A stretch of 41,494 nucleotides of DNA from a virus. Positions 29,105-39,885 of the stretch are shown piece after piece; position 1 is the stretch's first letter; every line of letters begins with the position of its first letter. The DNA lies in UHGV virus genome UHGV-1357485; one strand, 5' to 3'. Both the position numbers and the translations under genes were made by a program. The notes under the pieces are model-generated. The model did not search any database and was not told the DNA's origin. It saw nothing but the letters and a program-made list of their open reading frames with translations.

Positions 29105-31645
29105 CTAAATTATCTGCGTCACTGACAATGCTTTCTTTAACACCACTCCTCCGCTCGTTGTTGCTCCCTTTGAGTACTCAAAGGAGATATTGGCTGAAAT
29201 GCCAAGATTCTCATCAGGACAATACCACCAAATTCCAATAGGGAGCACAGATGCCTTGTCATAACTGACAGTGCGATCATACGACGACTGGTACCCATTG
29301 AAGTCATACCATTTAAACCCAGTAATTGCGTTGCCAGCAATCATGCAATCAGTGCTCATAACTACACCAAACGCATTCTCAATATTAGATGCAACTAATA
29401 TGGCACTCATTGCGATATTCCTAAAGCTACATGACGTCACAGAGTATCCATTTGTATTTGCGTTTATAACTCCTATTTCTCCAAGGAAAGTCGTTGTCCT
29501 TATAGATCCATTAAAAAAAGATGTTGATTTTGTCCCTCTAAGACACACTCCCACATCAGACTCAAACGCGCTATCAGATATATCGATATACGTTGAACTT
29601 ACTGATGGATTATTCTTATAAAAGCTAACTCCGTAATTTAGATTATTGAAATTACAACTATTAACCCTTACAGATGCTACTCTTGCATCATATAAATAAA
29701 GGCCTGCCGTCATCCCTTCAAGGTGTGTGTCGTTTAATGGAAATACTGCATTATCCCCAGCCTCGTTAGGATCATTCATTAATGTTTTAGGGTTTGTGAA
29801 TTTATTTTTAATTATCGATGTAAACTCATCACAAAAAAAGTCATGTGATGCGCTATTAATTACCTTAAACCCTGAGAATCCGAATGGCTTCCCACCAGAG
29901 ATTATTGCCAAACAAAATGCTTGCGCCCCACCGCGTATTCTATATTGATTTGATTTTGATTCAAATTTAAAATTGCCTTGTAATGTTGAGTTGGTGATAC
30001 AACTAAAAGAGTTACCTATGTATGATACGTTATTATTATATGATGACGTTATGCTATAGCTGTTTACTTTATTTCCAGATATAAGAACATTATCACAAAA
30101 AAATTGAGCACATATCCCTGATTTTGATGTAACAACATTATCAGACATTATGCTATGAATAACCATTGAGTGAAAAGTTATGCCCCAATGACCATGGCTA
30201 TACGAAGTTGATATTAATGGATCGTTTATTATATTTCCAGTGCAGTTAACATAACAAACTTGCCTATATACTCCTATTGTTGAATCATTCAAACCAAGAG
30301 TTGAGCAAATGTTATCTTTAATAGAGCAAACAGAACTTGATGTGGCATAGCTAAACATAGCTTCTGGGATATTCCCTGTTAATCTATTCCTCTCGAATCT
30401 ACCAGAATAACAATAATATCGCATCTCAACATGGACATTATGGAAGTTACAACCAATCACTTCTGGCTCGATCTGAGACAAAAGCATGATTCTTCTTAGA
30501 GCATTGCTACTGCTTTTCATCGTCACACCATCTTTAATTTTGAATGGCGTAAGGTTACCTGTTGGGAACCCAAATTTCGCAGTCCCAGCCACCTGATTTA
30601 CCACCAGAGGTTGCGCCAAAATAGCCTTATTGGTAGTTGTATGACCTATAATTTTTGTTACCTGAATGAACTGAGATTGGTATCCATTCAAGTTAAGTGT
30701 AAGTGCCAACCCATCTATGCTGTCAGCAGGTGTGGTGGATTTTTCCGCTTCATCAATACAGAACGGATATCCATTATCAATGACGACATATTGCCCTGTG
30801 CGATCTACACCATCGAGATATACCTCAGAGTGCCCTGCAGATGCAGGCTGAGAAAAAACTGTCATAGTTGGGAAGTCATATGGCTCAACCCTAAAATGAT
30901 TACCCAATGTTATTGTGCCACGACCATATATACCTTTTGCCCCGGCTGGCGCTGTATAATCTGTTGTGGTGGTAAGGTCAGCTCCTGTAATGTTTACTTC
31001 TTCTCCGAAGTTAAACGCTGCCGTCAGTGCCTGCTCGGTTGTTACAAACCTATTGGTGTAGTTAAGGATATGGTTTAAATCATATCCGTTAAGATTCCCT
31101 ACAGACTTCCAGTTTGAATCTGGTGAACTACCAGGAGGGACAGTTAATGGAACTGACAGATCACCAGTATAAATGTAATACCACCCAGTTGATGAATAGA
31201 ATAGTGCCTGATATTTACTTGTTATCGTTGCACCAGAAGCAAAGGATACATTTTGCAGGCGTTTATAAACATTAAATCTAAAATTTTCATTAGCGTATAA
31301 AGAAAACTGATCTGGGTCGTACCCTAAAACATTAGGGAAGTAGAACTGCTGCATGCCGTAAGAATCGTATACCGCCATAGAATGGCCTTTCACAGTTACG
31401 AATTTGGCAATCTGCCCGTTATATACAGGATACCCGCCAGAGTTAATGATGATTGGCTGTGCAACAGGAACGTGAGAACCATCTTCGTTCTCCACATAAA
31501 CCTGAATCTGGTTTTCAGGATTTACTGGGTCAGTATCAATTTTACCGATATAAATTTTGCCATTGGCTACGGCTTTAAAAGAACGCGCCATAGTGAAGAG
31601 TTGCGAAGGCATCGACACGATCACATTGGCTGTAATGTCTGTCAT
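29105..31645 (-). CDS. tailspike protein: P22 gp9-like head-binding N-terminus plus divergent beta-helix receptor-binding/depolymerase region (846 aa)
   Basis: N-terminus [13 protein letters not shown]...[23 protein letters not shown]... resembles P22 tailspike; distal two-thirds AT-rich, Asn/Ser/Cys-rich. Confidence 0.85.
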   Translation of the reverse strand: MTDITANVIVSMPSQLFTMARSFKAVANGKIYIGKIDTDPVNPENQIQVYVENEDGSHVPVAQPIIINSGGYPVYNGQIAKFVTVKGHSMAVYDSYGMQQFYFPNVLGYDPDQFSLYANENFRFNVYKRLQNVSFASGATITSKYQALFYSSTGWYYIYTGDLSVPLTVPPGSSPDSNWKSVGNLNGYDLNHILNYTNRFVTTEQALTAAFNFGEEVNITGADLTTTTDYTAPAGAKGIYGRGTITLGNHFRVEPYDFPTMTVFSQPASAGHSEVYLDGVDRTGQYVVIDNGYPFCIDEAEKSTTPADSIDGLALTLNLNGYQSQFIQVTKIIGHTTTNKAILAQPLVVNQVAGTAKFGFPTGNLTPFKIKDGVTMKSSSNALRRIMLLSQIEPEVIGCNFHNVHVEMRYYCYSGRFERNRLTGNIPEAMFSYATSSSVCSIKDNICSTLGLNDSTIGVYRQVCYVNCTGNIINDPLISTSYSHGHWGITFHSMVIHSIMSDNVVTSKSGICAQFFCDNVLISGNKVNSYSITSSYNNNVSYIGNSFSCITNSTLQGNFKFESKSNQYRIRGGAQAFCLAIISGGKPFGFSGFKVINSASHDFFCDEFTSIIKNKFTNPKTLMNDPNEAGDNAVFPLNDTHLEGMTAGLYLYDARVASVRVNSCNFNNLNYGVSFYKNNPSVSSTYIDISDSAFESDVGVCLRGTKSTSFFNGSIRTTTFLGEIGVINANTNGYSVTSCSFRNIAMSAILVASNIENAFGVVMSTDCMIAGNAITGFKWYDFNGYQSSYDRTVSYDKASVLPIGIWWYCPDENLGISANISFEYSKGATTSGGVVLKKALSVTQII

Positions 31646-31703
31646 TTAATTTGCTCCAGATGAAAGGAATCGCCGCAGCATGGCTACGGTGAATTTTGGG
31701 CAT

Positions 31704-31734
31704 AAAAAACCCAGCCGAAGCTGGGTTGGTTTTT
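31704..31734. terminator. bidirectional intrinsic terminator upstream of the tailspike gene
   Basis: AAAAAA-CCCAGC-CGAA-GCTGGG-TTGGTTTTT, works on either strand. Confidence 0.55.
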
Positions 31735-31748
31735 ATAAAAAGATTTAA

Positions 31749-32474
31749 TTAGGCTGCGGTAGAAACATTAACCAGATTTCTCAATACTTCAACTCCTTTT
31801 GAGTTGTAGCGGAACGCCTCTACCTGTTTGCTGGAATGCGCAGATTTATCTAGGAAGAACTTGCCGTACTGCTCAGTTTTGAGGTTGTTTGCGTTAGCAA
31901 TGCGACCAATCTTGTTGGCCGTTACTCCCAGCTGCTCTGCAACCTCCCCTGCTGAGTAGTAATGCTCTTCTATTGCTGGAAGAGGTATTGCATTAAAACC
32001 AACGATCGGGTTGATTATGCTTGCTGCCGCAGTCTGCTTTGCTTCCGGCGCAAGATTTGGCATCAAATCGAACAGATTGGTAACAGCGTCAACCGTCATT
32101 TTCAATGTTCGCGCCTGGCGATACTCAACAAGTCCACTCGCTGATTTACCGCTTTTAATGTGCGCTTCCTGCATACTTTCAAGTTTGTCTACAAGTGTTC
32201 GGCGAACTGCTTTAGATTCGCGAGCAGCAACACGAAGCGCCTGCTTGATAGTCATGGAGATAACATCAATGTCAGCCCCGTTTTTCCGACCTACACTTTT
32301 TGTGTAGGTCTCGCCTTCCAATTCATCCTCAATTTTCTCGATGAATTTGTTGTTACGTACTGATGGCTCTCCACATAACTTGCGAGCTTCATTAACCATC
32401 ATCAGAAGACTTTGGCTGTCAATGGTTTTATCCGTGACAACGGATCCGATGTTTGCTACATTCTTAAAAGTCAT
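31749..32474 (-). CDS. antirepressor C-terminal (ANT/KilAC-like) module, 241 aa; in frame with the upstream Ant ORF across a TGA
   Basis: C-terminal ...HYYSAGEVAEQLGVTANKIGRIAN... resembles ANT domain; track ORF starts directly after the Ant stop in the same frame. Confidence 0.45.
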   Translation of the reverse strand: MTFKNVANIGSVVTDKTIDSQSLLMMVNEARKLCGEPSVRNNKFIEKIEDELEGETYTKSVGRKNGADIDVISMTIKQALRVAARESKAVRRTLVDKLESMQEAHIKSGKSASGLVEYRQARTLKMTVDAVTNLFDLMPNLAPEAKQTAAASIINPIVGFNAIPLPAIEEHYYSAGEVAEQLGVTANKIGRIANANNLKTEQYGKFFLDKSAHSSKQVEAFRYNSKGVEVLRNLVNVSTAA

Positions 32475-32561
32475 TAGGCATTCCTTATGTGGTAGTAAGG
32501 GTGTGACATAGGCCGCCAGCAGCACACTGGCGGTTTTCTTTTGCGCCGTCCTGTGCACCAA

Positions 32562-33200
32562 TCAATTAATCCATTCCTCGCCGCGAAGTTTTTCCAGCAT
32601 TGGCTGAGCGTTCTTTACGACAAAATTGTTGGTATCAAGATTCTTCATTTCACGAAGAAGCGATTTCTTGGTTTCTTCTGACATGTAGCGAGTCTCATAT
32701 GCAATATCGTAAATCCTTCCTGAAAGCTCAGAACCAATTTGCTTCATTCCTGGGTAGATGTGTTTGCACATTTGTTGACTCTTCTCCATCCACAATTGTA
32801 AGTAGCAGAGATTAACCAGCTCTTCGTCAGTGAACTGTTTTGCAATCGGTGAGCATTCTGCCTGCCGCTCCAAAATATCCAGCACCCAGCGGCGGAACTC
32901 TTTAGCCTTGGGCGTAGAAGCAAACATCGCCACCAAGTGAGCGCCTCGGAGCGAGTAAACTCTGACCGATTTGTTACGTAAGCTATTGTTTATCCCGTTG
33001 ACCTTCATATTGAGGGTCAATGACATTGAGTCGGAAAACTCGTCAGCATTACGGGCATAAATTTGGCTGATGGCATCAGTTTTTTTATAGCCGAGAGCCT
33101 TAGCTAGTTCGGTGGAGGTAAACCAGATAGACCCACCCTCTGTTACAGGGTTAAAGGTGAATCCTTGGAAGTTATAATCTGATTTTGCTACAATGTTCAT
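32562..33200 (-). CDS. ant: antirepressor Ant, BRO-N/AntA N-terminal module (212 aa)
   Basis: ...WFTSTELAKALGY...AKEFRRWV... resembles AntA/Bro-N; AAGGAAA RBS before ATG 33200; follows arc as in P22 immI. Confidence 0.6.
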   Translation of the reverse strand: MNIVAKSDYNFQGFTFNPVTEGGSIWFTSTELAKALGYKKTDAISQIYARNADEFSDSMSLTLNMKVNGINNSLRNKSVRVYSLRGAHLVAMFASTPKAKEFRRWVLDILERQAECSPIAKQFTDEELVNLCYLQLWMEKSQQMCKHIYPGMKQIGSELSGRIYDIAYETRYMSEETKKSLLREMKNLDTNNFVVKNAQPMLEKLRGEEWIN

Positions 33201-33273
33201 GTTAGTTTCCTTGCATACGGTTACTGACATAGAGGCCCGGTTTGTGTTCGCGCACTGCCGGGCTTCACTATTT

Positions 33274-33447
33274 TTACTGGGCATTAACTCTTTCCTCTCT
33301 CAGGCTTTTAGCCAGTCGCTGCACAATCGCAGAGTTGATAGAAATTCCATCCATTTCAGCAACACGTCTAATCTCCTCCTTCATTCGCGCTGGCAAACGA
33401 AGCTGGAAACTTTGACTTTTACGACCTGTGTAAAGCACATCTTTCAT
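33274..33447 (-). CDS. arc: Arc-like ribbon-helix-helix repressor (57 aa)
   Basis: ...FQLRLPARMKEEIRRVAEMDGISINSAIVQRL... RHH signature; GGAGG RBS before ATG 33447. Confidence 0.7.
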   Translation of the reverse strand: MKDVLYTGRKSQSFQLRLPARMKEEIRRVAEMDGISINSAIVQRLAKSLREERVNAQ

Positions 33448-33469
33448 AAGTAATCCTCCCACAATGATA

Positions 33470-33485
33470 CCAACTTGGTTCTAGA
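33470..33485. promoter_or_regulatory. 16-bp perfect palindrome TTGGTTCTAGAACCAA in the divergent arc/mnt promoter region (candidate operator)
   Basis: Perfect inverted repeat between divergent RHH genes; coordinates approximate. Confidence 0.45.
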
Positions 33486-33558
33486 ACCAATTTAACACCA
33501 TTTATTTTGATGTCAAGTTGGTGCTATTGTTTAGCGAACATCTTTACGTTGAGGTCAT

Positions 33559-33879
33559 ATGAGCAAGTTCCCTAGTCATGAAATGGATAGGTTCAATATC
33601 AGGCTTCCGGCAGGAATGCGGGATGCTATAGCTGAACGAGCCAAACGTAACGGCAGATCAATGAACTCAGAGATTGTTCAGATACTGGAAGATGCCTTGA
33701 ATGCAGAAAATACACTCGGGGAAATAGCAGATAAAATCAACAGCGTCTCGGTTCCGCTAAATGTTGATGCGCTAGTTCAACTTCAAGCCCAGGTTATCGC
33801 CATGCAAAAAGAAATACAGGAAAAGTTCAGAGAGCAGAACGAAAAGTTGAGAGAACTGCTAAACAAAAAACCCACCTGA
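33559..33879 (+). CDS. mnt: Mnt-like ribbon-helix-helix repressor (106 aa)
   Basis: ...FNIRLPAGMRDAIAERAKRNGRSMNSEIVQILEDAL... resembles P22 Mnt; divergent from arc-ant. Confidence 0.7.
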   Translation: MSKFPSHEMDRFNIRLPAGMRDAIAERAKRNGRSMNSEIVQILEDALNAENTLGEIADKINSVSVPLNVDALVQLQAQVIAMQKEIQEKFREQNEKLRELLNKKPT

Positions 33880-33896
33880 CGGTGGGTTAATTTTTG
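33865..33896. terminator. bidirectional terminator overlapping the mnt stop
   Basis: AAAAAA-CCCACC-TGAC-GGTGGG-TTAATTTTT. Confidence 0.5.
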
Positions 33897-33977
33897 CCTT
33901 TTTTGGACCATATTGACTACTCATAAAATGAGATCAATATTTAATCGCCCAATAACGGGTGCATGTTGAGGTATATC

Positions 33978-34157
33978 ATGGCGAAAAAACCAGGTGAAAA
34001 CACAGGAAAAAACGGCGGAATATACCAAGAAGTTGGCCCACGCGGCGGTAAGAAAGACAATTTTGCCACCGTCAAGGACAACGAAAGGCTTCCACCAACA
34101 ACAAAGCCAGGTCATGGCTGGGTATTAGATAAGCGAACTCCAGACAGCAAAAAGTAA
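33978..34157 (+). CDS. small Gly/Lys-rich protein (59 aa), possibly YjzC-like
   Basis: Own promoter-like TTGACT at about 33913; GAGGT RBS; MAKKPGENTGKNGGIYQEVGPRGG...; family assignment tentative. Confidence 0.45.
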   Translation: MAKKPGENTGKNGGIYQEVGPRGGKKDNFATVKDNERLPPTTKPGHGWVLDKRTPDSKK

Positions 34158-34170
34158 TAATCAAGCCGGG

Positions 34171-34536
34171 TCACTCCGGCTTTTTGATATGTCGCTCGCA
34201 GAACTCAACAAGCCTGCTCATTAAGTAGCAGTAAGTCTCGTTGGCTCTTCCTGGTTCAACATCAACACCGACCCTTGAGCAGATATCGAATGCCATGTGA
34301 GCGCACTCATGGGCAATAGTAGATAGTTTGCCATTGAACACACCTATCACATGCAAAACACCATTCTCGCTGCTCATTGTATGAGACGCTCCGTTGGCAT
34401 CCGAGTCCTGCACGTCCACGCCAAGTTTTTGATGCAGGCGTTGCCATTCTGGAAAGTCTCTGCAAAACACAATCGTACCGCTCTCAAAGAGCGGTACGAG
34501 CATCTTTGGTACGTTTCCAATGTTAACTTTTTTCAT
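34171..34536 (-). CDS. hypothetical protein with HECAH (HExxH-like) motif (121 aa) at the P22 sieA position
   Basis: ATG 34536 preceded by AGGA; motif IAHECAHMAFD; follows the ejection genes on the late strand. Confidence 0.45.
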   Translation of the reverse strand: MKKVNIGNVPKMLVPLFESGTIVFCRDFPEWQRLHQKLGVDVQDSDANGASHTMSSENGVLHVIGVFNGKLSTIAHECAHMAFDICSRVGVDVEPGRANETYCYLMSRLVEFCERHIKKPE

Positions 34537-34566
34537 GGTATCCTGCGAAAAACTAAGGAGGTTGGT

Positions 34567-34956
34567 GTGAAGCAATTTCTTGCTGCTATGTTCTTATTCA
34601 TATCTTTTGGGGCTACAGCAGAGTGCTGGGTCGTTGGAGATATGCGCGGAATAAGCTATTCAGAGCGAAATAATTTCCATCCGGAAGAAGATGGTTTTAG
34701 TGGAACATTTATCATTAAGACAAGCGGTGAAGATGCCAGCATCACATATTCTGGGACGGATGCTGGCGGCATGGCTTACAAAGCATTGTCTAAAAACTCC
34801 ATCATAGGAATCGGCGCGAATGGCGAAACTCAACGAGTTATCGACTCATGGGTAATACATCCTAATGGAACAGTTTTAATGTCGAAAACCATTTCCGGTT
34901 ATGGAAATATGGATTCAACCAAAGCTTTTGTTGGAAAAGTAAAAAGAAAATGCTAA
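34567..34956 (+). CDS. secreted protein with signal peptide (129 aa, GTG start)
   Basis: AAGGAGG 5 nt upstream of GTG 34567; N-terminal K-then-hydrophobic stretch ending ATA-E (signal-peptidase-like). Confidence 0.55.
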   Translation: MKQFLAAMFLFISFGATAECWVVGDMRGISYSERNNFHPEEDGFSGTFIIKTSGEDASITYSGTDAGGMAYKALSKNSIIGIGANGETQRVIDSWVIHPNGTVLMSKTISGYGNMDSTKAFVGKVKRKC

Positions 34957-34966
34957 GGATGTTGAT

Positions 34967-35173
34967 ATGAAAAAATTTACTATTGGGTTATTTGCAATCT
35001 TTTTACTTGTTTTGTCTGCATTTACTGGTTATGGGGTTAAATATTCATCAATAACTGACGGTAACAAGATTGAATGTAAATACCTAAGCGCTTCTGGAAA
35101 ATTCTCCAGAAATTATTGGTACTCGGATAATGGGATCATGGGGATTAGCAATTGTCCTTTAGTTGACAGATAG
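34967..35173 (+). CDS. small secreted protein/lipoprotein candidate (68 aa)
   Basis: MKKFTIGLFAIFLLVLSAFTG... signal peptide; AT-rich; 10 bp after the previous gene. Confidence 0.5.
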   Translation: MKKFTIGLFAIFLLVLSAFTGYGVKYSSITDGNKIECKYLSASGKFSRNYWYSDNGIMGISNCPLVDR

Positions 35174-35233
35174 CCATCCTTGGCTTTATGGGGATTAACA
35201 TGGTAACGGTTGGTTGGATTATCTCGTTCCTTG

Positions 35234-37387
35234 TTACATCTTTTGGTCGCCGTCACTGGCTGTAGTATCTTGCTGAGATAACCATGTAATAATCCCAGTG
35301 CGAGCAATGGTTTTTGCTTCATCTGTTGATAGGGTTTTCTCCCATCTCTTAAATACCCCAGATTGCATCAGTTTCCTTTCTATTGCGCGTCTCACTTCTG
35401 CTCTGTCTACTGGTGCGTTTTGCAGGCGAAATAGCATTGATTTAAACTCAGGAGAAGACAGTAGAGCATCAGCAGCCTTTATCCTGCTTGTTTTCCCTGA
35501 CATCAATGCGGACGTTATCACCCCTGTTGCACCTACACCAGGAAGACCAGATAAGCTTGTAACACCTTCCGCCGCAGCAGCTTTTGAGGCTATTCCATAA
35601 ATTTTTGCTAGACTACCCTTTTCCTTCAGAAAGTTATTAACTTGCTGATCCACAAGGCTGCTAGCATACTGCTTACCAGTATTGAGTCTATTCATAGCCT
35701 TGGCTGCTTGATAAATCGTATCAAGGCGCTTTGATGCATCTGTGCCAATAGCATCACGGAGAGCCTTCATATTGGCCCCATTGCGTGACATTCCGTTATA
35801 CCATTTTACAAATCCATCAACCCCTAATTGCTGACCTGGTGATTTAGCATAGCTGGTAAATGCTTTATTCATTGAGGTGAGCGCAACTTCCTGCCGCATA
35901 TCCTTTGGAATTGACTTCATTAATTGCCTAAAGTCACCACCGTTTCCTTTTGCCATATTAACAACGGCACTTTCAACTTTTGGAATTGCTGATTGCTGAA
36001 GTTTTCTACCCAAAACGGTTACGGCATCATCTTCAATGGATTTTCGTGTTTTTACCAACTCCTTACCAAGCGTCCATAACTCCCCTGCGCCATATTTTTC
36101 TGCGACAGCCTGTTGGTCATCTGTTATAGCTGCATATAACTTTTTAAGAACACCTGTTTCTTCATCCTTGAATGGGCCAGAGCCTTTGCCAATAGCTTGC
36201 CCAACCTGCTTTCTAGCGAGATCTAAACGCCCATACGTTGGCAAGGTGTTTGGATCAAGTCGGTTCAATGTCCGCTTCATTATTGGAGATAATTCATCAA
36301 TTCCACCTATGTCATCAGCAAAATCCTCTAAAAAATTCAATGTATTGGTTGCCTCAATACGGTCTCTTACTGGAACCTTTTCGGCAATTTTGTTGTAGAT
36401 GTTATCTGACTGATTTTGTAATGATGAAATGGTTTTATCAAAATTATCTGCAAGCCTGTCAGAAACCAGTTGCTTATCAAGGTTTCCCCCAAATGAAGTT
36501 ATCATTTCATCAGCTTTTCTTCCTAATTCAGTAATAAAGCGCTTATGCGCCTCACTAATCTCTGTTCCAGGGAGGCTTGCCACTGCATTATCAAGAGCCC
36601 TGACAGCAGGATTATTAGAGATCATTCCTGGAGTGGCATAATTTTCCAGTTCTAGCTCACGGATGGCATTTATCGCGTTAAAATCAGGATTAACTTCATC
36701 GGCGAAACCTTGAATAGCTCGTTGTCCGCCAATAAATTTATTATCCATTGCGCCAGCAGCTTTCTTTAACGTTGCTTTAGATGATTTACTCCCCATCCCT
36801 ACGGATGAGCGATAAATATCCCCGGCACTATTTTTAATTTTTCCTGCAATCTTCCCAAGCGCTGGACCAACAATCTCGGCTACAGGGCCAGCCACAGCGC
36901 CAATAGCAGCGCCGGAAGCAACATCGCTATTTGTTCCATTGGCTACAATAGCCCCTTCTCCAGCACCAAGCCCTGCGGCGGCAGCCAGCCTTGCCGCTCC
37001 TTTCGGAACCTGAGAAATAATCCCACCACCACTAACAAATGGCGCTGCTTGTCCAACAAACTCACCAACATCTTGTGCGGTTGATGGTTTTGCCGCTAAC
37101 TTCTGCTGTAGAGACTGAATTGCGGCTTGCTCTTCTGGTGTCATATCCTGAAACAGGCCAACACCTTTACCAACATCCATCAATCCACTGAGAACGCCAT
37201 ACATAAAACGGTCGAAACCGTTAGCATTATTAACAACATTTTCCTGTCTGGAATTTTCCTCTGGTGAAACCAAAGGAGATTGCTGCTGTTCTGGTTGGGA
37301 ATCAAGCACAAAGCCATCAGGAAGTTGTGAGTTATCAGGCTGTTCATCCAGAACAAACCCCTCTGGTAAACCTACATTGGTTGCCAT
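35234..37387 (-). CDS. ejection (internal virion) protein, P22 gp16-like (717 aa)
   Basis: Position and order 26-14-7-20-16; Ala/Gly-rich. Confidence 0.65.
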   Translation of the reverse strand: MATNVGLPEGFVLDEQPDNSQLPDGFVLDSQPEQQQSPLVSPEENSRQENVVNNANGFDRFMYGVLSGLMDVGKGVGLFQDMTPEEQAAIQSLQQKLAAKPSTAQDVGEFVGQAAPFVSGGGIISQVPKGAARLAAAAGLGAGEGAIVANGTNSDVASGAAIGAVAGPVAEIVGPALGKIAGKIKNSAGDIYRSSVGMGSKSSKATLKKAAGAMDNKFIGGQRAIQGFADEVNPDFNAINAIRELELENYATPGMISNNPAVRALDNAVASLPGTEISEAHKRFITELGRKADEMITSFGGNLDKQLVSDRLADNFDKTISSLQNQSDNIYNKIAEKVPVRDRIEATNTLNFLEDFADDIGGIDELSPIMKRTLNRLDPNTLPTYGRLDLARKQVGQAIGKGSGPFKDEETGVLKKLYAAITDDQQAVAEKYGAGELWTLGKELVKTRKSIEDDAVTVLGRKLQQSAIPKVESAVVNMAKGNGGDFRQLMKSIPKDMRQEVALTSMNKAFTSYAKSPGQQLGVDGFVKWYNGMSRNGANMKALRDAIGTDASKRLDTIYQAAKAMNRLNTGKQYASSLVDQQVNNFLKEKGSLAKIYGIASKAAAAEGVTSLSGLPGVGATGVITSALMSGKTSRIKAADALLSSPEFKSMLFRLQNAPVDRAEVRRAIERKLMQSGVFKRWEKTLSTDEAKTIARTGIITWLSQQDTTASDGDQKM

Positions 37388-38721
37388 TGTCCGTTCCTGT
37401 AAATAATTTTCTGACCAGTTTTAGGATTTTTCGCGGTCATACCTTCTCGAAATGTTTGACCGCCAGATGTTGCTTGTTGTGTCTGTTGTTGCGCAGGCTG
37501 CTGAATATCTTCATACAGCTTGGCTTTTCTGGATTGCAATTGCTTAGTTAGTCCGCTGGGGAGAGAATCTCCATAAGTTGAAAGATAATCATCCATTTGC
37601 TGATTAAACTTTTCGCCTTCAGTATTTGCCATCAGTTTTGAGGTGTTGATTAAGTCCTGGACTTGCTCATTATTCAGCATCTTGCCGTTAGATAATTGGC
37701 TAACATAGTTACCAAGTGTGCCGAATATTCCATCAGTGCGTTTTACCTGCACTTGCTCACCTTCGCGTACCACAGATTGCGGATCCAGCGATTTCATATA
37801 GTTGAAAATCATTCCCAACTGCGCGGCTGGAGTGTTGCGCTTCCCAAGGGCTTGTAGGTTGTCAGAAGCACTGCGCATTGCAGAATAATTCTTTGAGAAC
37901 CCATTAATATCACTATTCAGATCTCGAACAAGTTTTGGGTCAATCTTTCCGCTTTCCTGTTGTTTCATCCCTAATTCCTGCAACTTCAGGGCTACGTTAT
38001 CATTATGCATTTGTGCCCGCTGAGCCCTGTCTAGTTGAGCGTTCTGGATATTTGCCCATCCTCTCGCATTCTCCATGTCAGCCTGACGGATGCTTTCATC
38101 CAATCGCCCTTTCTCAAGTTGGCGACCAGCCATCTTGTCCTGAACAGCAAACGCCTTTTCTGGTCCAAGCGCACCGAGAGACATAGTAGTCAACATGTGT
38201 GATAGCTGCTCTGGATTCTGGATACCTGTCTGAATCATCCAGTCAGCATTCGCCCCCACGCGATTTAACCTGTCCTTGTTGTCAGTAATGAATTTACTGT
38301 AGGCTTCCGGTCCCTGAGAAAGAGCGACGTTAGCCCTCATGGCTAAATCGCCCATATCGTTGCGTTGCTGCTCATTAAGACCGGAAAACGCCTGTTGTGC
38401 CTGCGCCACAAACGCTGGATTTTCCTGGGCAAACTTAAATAGTCCCGATGGATCACCAGAAGCCCATGCATCAGCGTGAACCTTATTGAACGCACTAATA
38501 GCTTTCTGTTGCTGTTCCTGATTGTAAATATCAGCAACTCCAGCCAGACCACGTAACGCGGTCAGGCCAACGTTATTTGCACCTGAGCGAGCCAGTTCAT
38601 TGTTTTCGCGGATCAGACCAAGCGTTGCGTTAATGTCGCTTGCCTTTGGCGCATTCTCATTTTGCGTACCGATGCCAGCCAGAAAACCACCAGAATTAAT
38701 ACCCTGTTGCCACGTAGCCAT
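37372..38721 (-). CDS. ejection protein, P22 gp20-like (449 aa)
   Basis: Position and size. Confidence 0.65.
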   Translation of the reverse strand: MATWQQGINSGGFLAGIGTQNENAPKASDINATLGLIRENNELARSGANNVGLTALRGLAGVADIYNQEQQQKAISAFNKVHADAWASGDPSGLFKFAQENPAFVAQAQQAFSGLNEQQRNDMGDLAMRANVALSQGPEAYSKFITDNKDRLNRVGANADWMIQTGIQNPEQLSHMLTTMSLGALGPEKAFAVQDKMAGRQLEKGRLDESIRQADMENARGWANIQNAQLDRAQRAQMHNDNVALKLQELGMKQQESGKIDPKLVRDLNSDINGFSKNYSAMRSASDNLQALGKRNTPAAQLGMIFNYMKSLDPQSVVREGEQVQVKRTDGIFGTLGNYVSQLSNGKMLNNEQVQDLINTSKLMANTEGEKFNQQMDDYLSTYGDSLPSGLTKQLQSRKAKLYEDIQQPAQQQTQQATSGGQTFREGMTAKNPKTGQKIIYRNGQWQPM

Positions 38722-38731
38722 TGATTACCCC

Positions 38732-39427
38732 TTAATAAAGCAGTGAACCAAGCAGACCGATACCAGCACCGATACCAGCACCCCACGGAGTTGATGAACC
38801 AATTAATTTCGCAAGTCCAGCCCCAGCAATAGCACCAGACGCACCTCCGCCAATAGCAGATTGCATTGCTGATGGTCTGTTGGCATTTGCCGCTGCAAGA
38901 GCCGCACTTTGCTGCGAAATCTGACTCATGTTGTTGGCATATGTCTGCCCGGCGTTTGCCTGACCTTGCAGTGCGCCAAGACCAATATTTGCCAGATTCT
39001 GGTAGTTGTTCATCTGACCAGATAGCCATTGCTGACCAAGCGTTGGTGCGATTGTTGCTAACTGATTACCGGTTGCAGTGGAACCCAATCCACCTGTTGC
39101 TTCCGCTGCCGCCAGACTCTGATAGCGAGCCTGACCAGCAAGATCTTTGTACTGCTGAGAGTTGTAATACTGGTTAAGTGCCTGACCTTGCCCTTCCAGA
39201 GACGATAAGTTCTCGAGGCTGCCGACATACTTATCAGCCAGAGGAGTAAACGGCTTCAGGTTGTTCATGATGGTGTTGAACTGCTGATTTTGCAGGTCTG
39301 CGGAATACTTCTGGGCTTCTGCGGCATACTTTGCGCTTTTATCAGAACTGCCACCTTTCCCGCCTTTTTCAGGGCAATAAGGTTCCTCGCCGCGCAGTTT
39401 TCTGCCCAGCTTAAATGCATATAACAT
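38732..39427 (-). CDS. ejection protein, P22 gp7-like (231 aa)
   Basis: Size as P22 gp7 (229 aa); Gln/Ala-rich with Gly-rich C-terminus. Confidence 0.65.
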   Translation of the reverse strand: MLYAFKLGRKLRGEEPYCPEKGGKGGSSDKSAKYAAEAQKYSADLQNQQFNTIMNNLKPFTPLADKYVGSLENLSSLEGQGQALNQYYNSQQYKDLAGQARYQSLAAAEATGGLGSTATGNQLATIAPTLGQQWLSGQMNNYQNLANIGLGALQGQANAGQTYANNMSQISQQSAALAAANANRPSAMQSAIGGGASGAIAGAGLAKLIGSSTPWGAGIGAGIGLLGSLLY

Positions 39428-39429
39428 GG

Positions 39430-39885
39430 CTATCTCCCGTGATTCAGGAAGTCGATTAGTTCTTCGCGTGTGGCGCTGTAAAAAGTCACGTCATCCACGC
39501 CTTTAAAGTATTTCTTGATGGTTCCGACACGCTTAAGGCCAATCATTGCGCAGTAAATCTGCCCGTGGCGGAATTTGCGTGCGGCGAACGATGTGACGCA
39601 CTGAACGGTGGTGTTAGTCAGAATGTATCGCCAGAACGCCAGCCCTATTTCTTTGCTGAAGCCGCGAATCTCTGGCAGGTACATGGCGTGGCAATCGAAT
39701 GTCAGCGGCTGAATCTCCTGATAGTAAACAATGCCGCCAAACTGACCGTGCACGTTCACCTCAAAGTAACGGCAATCAGGTTTGTAGTCGTATCCATCGC
39801 CGTTGTTGCTCCCGGCAATAATGTCAGGGTGATTTCCGACTGCTTCTATCAGGTCGATGTTTCGCGTTGGTTTGAATGTAATCAT
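39430..39885 (-). CDS. virion-associated protein at the P22 gene 14 position (151 aa)
   Basis: Position between tail needle and gp7-like genes; identity uncertain. Confidence 0.45.
   Translation of the reverse strand: MITFKPTRNIDLIEAVGNHPDIIAGSNNGDGYDYKPDCRYFEVNVHGQFGGIVYYQEIQPLTFDCHAMYLPEIRGFSKEIGLAFWRYILTNTTVQCVTSFAARKFRHGQIYCAMIGLKRVGTIKKYFKGVDDVTFYSATREELIDFLNHGR

Noticed and set aside
33921-34115. 64-aa minus-strand ORF
   Set aside because: Completely overlaps the better-supported plus-strand 59-aa gene, which has promoter, RBS and terminator; Trp/Cys-rich improbable translation.
35113-35322. 69-aa minus-strand ORF overlapping the 3' end of the gp16-like gene
   Set aside because: Out-of-frame overlap with a long well-supported gene; no independent support.
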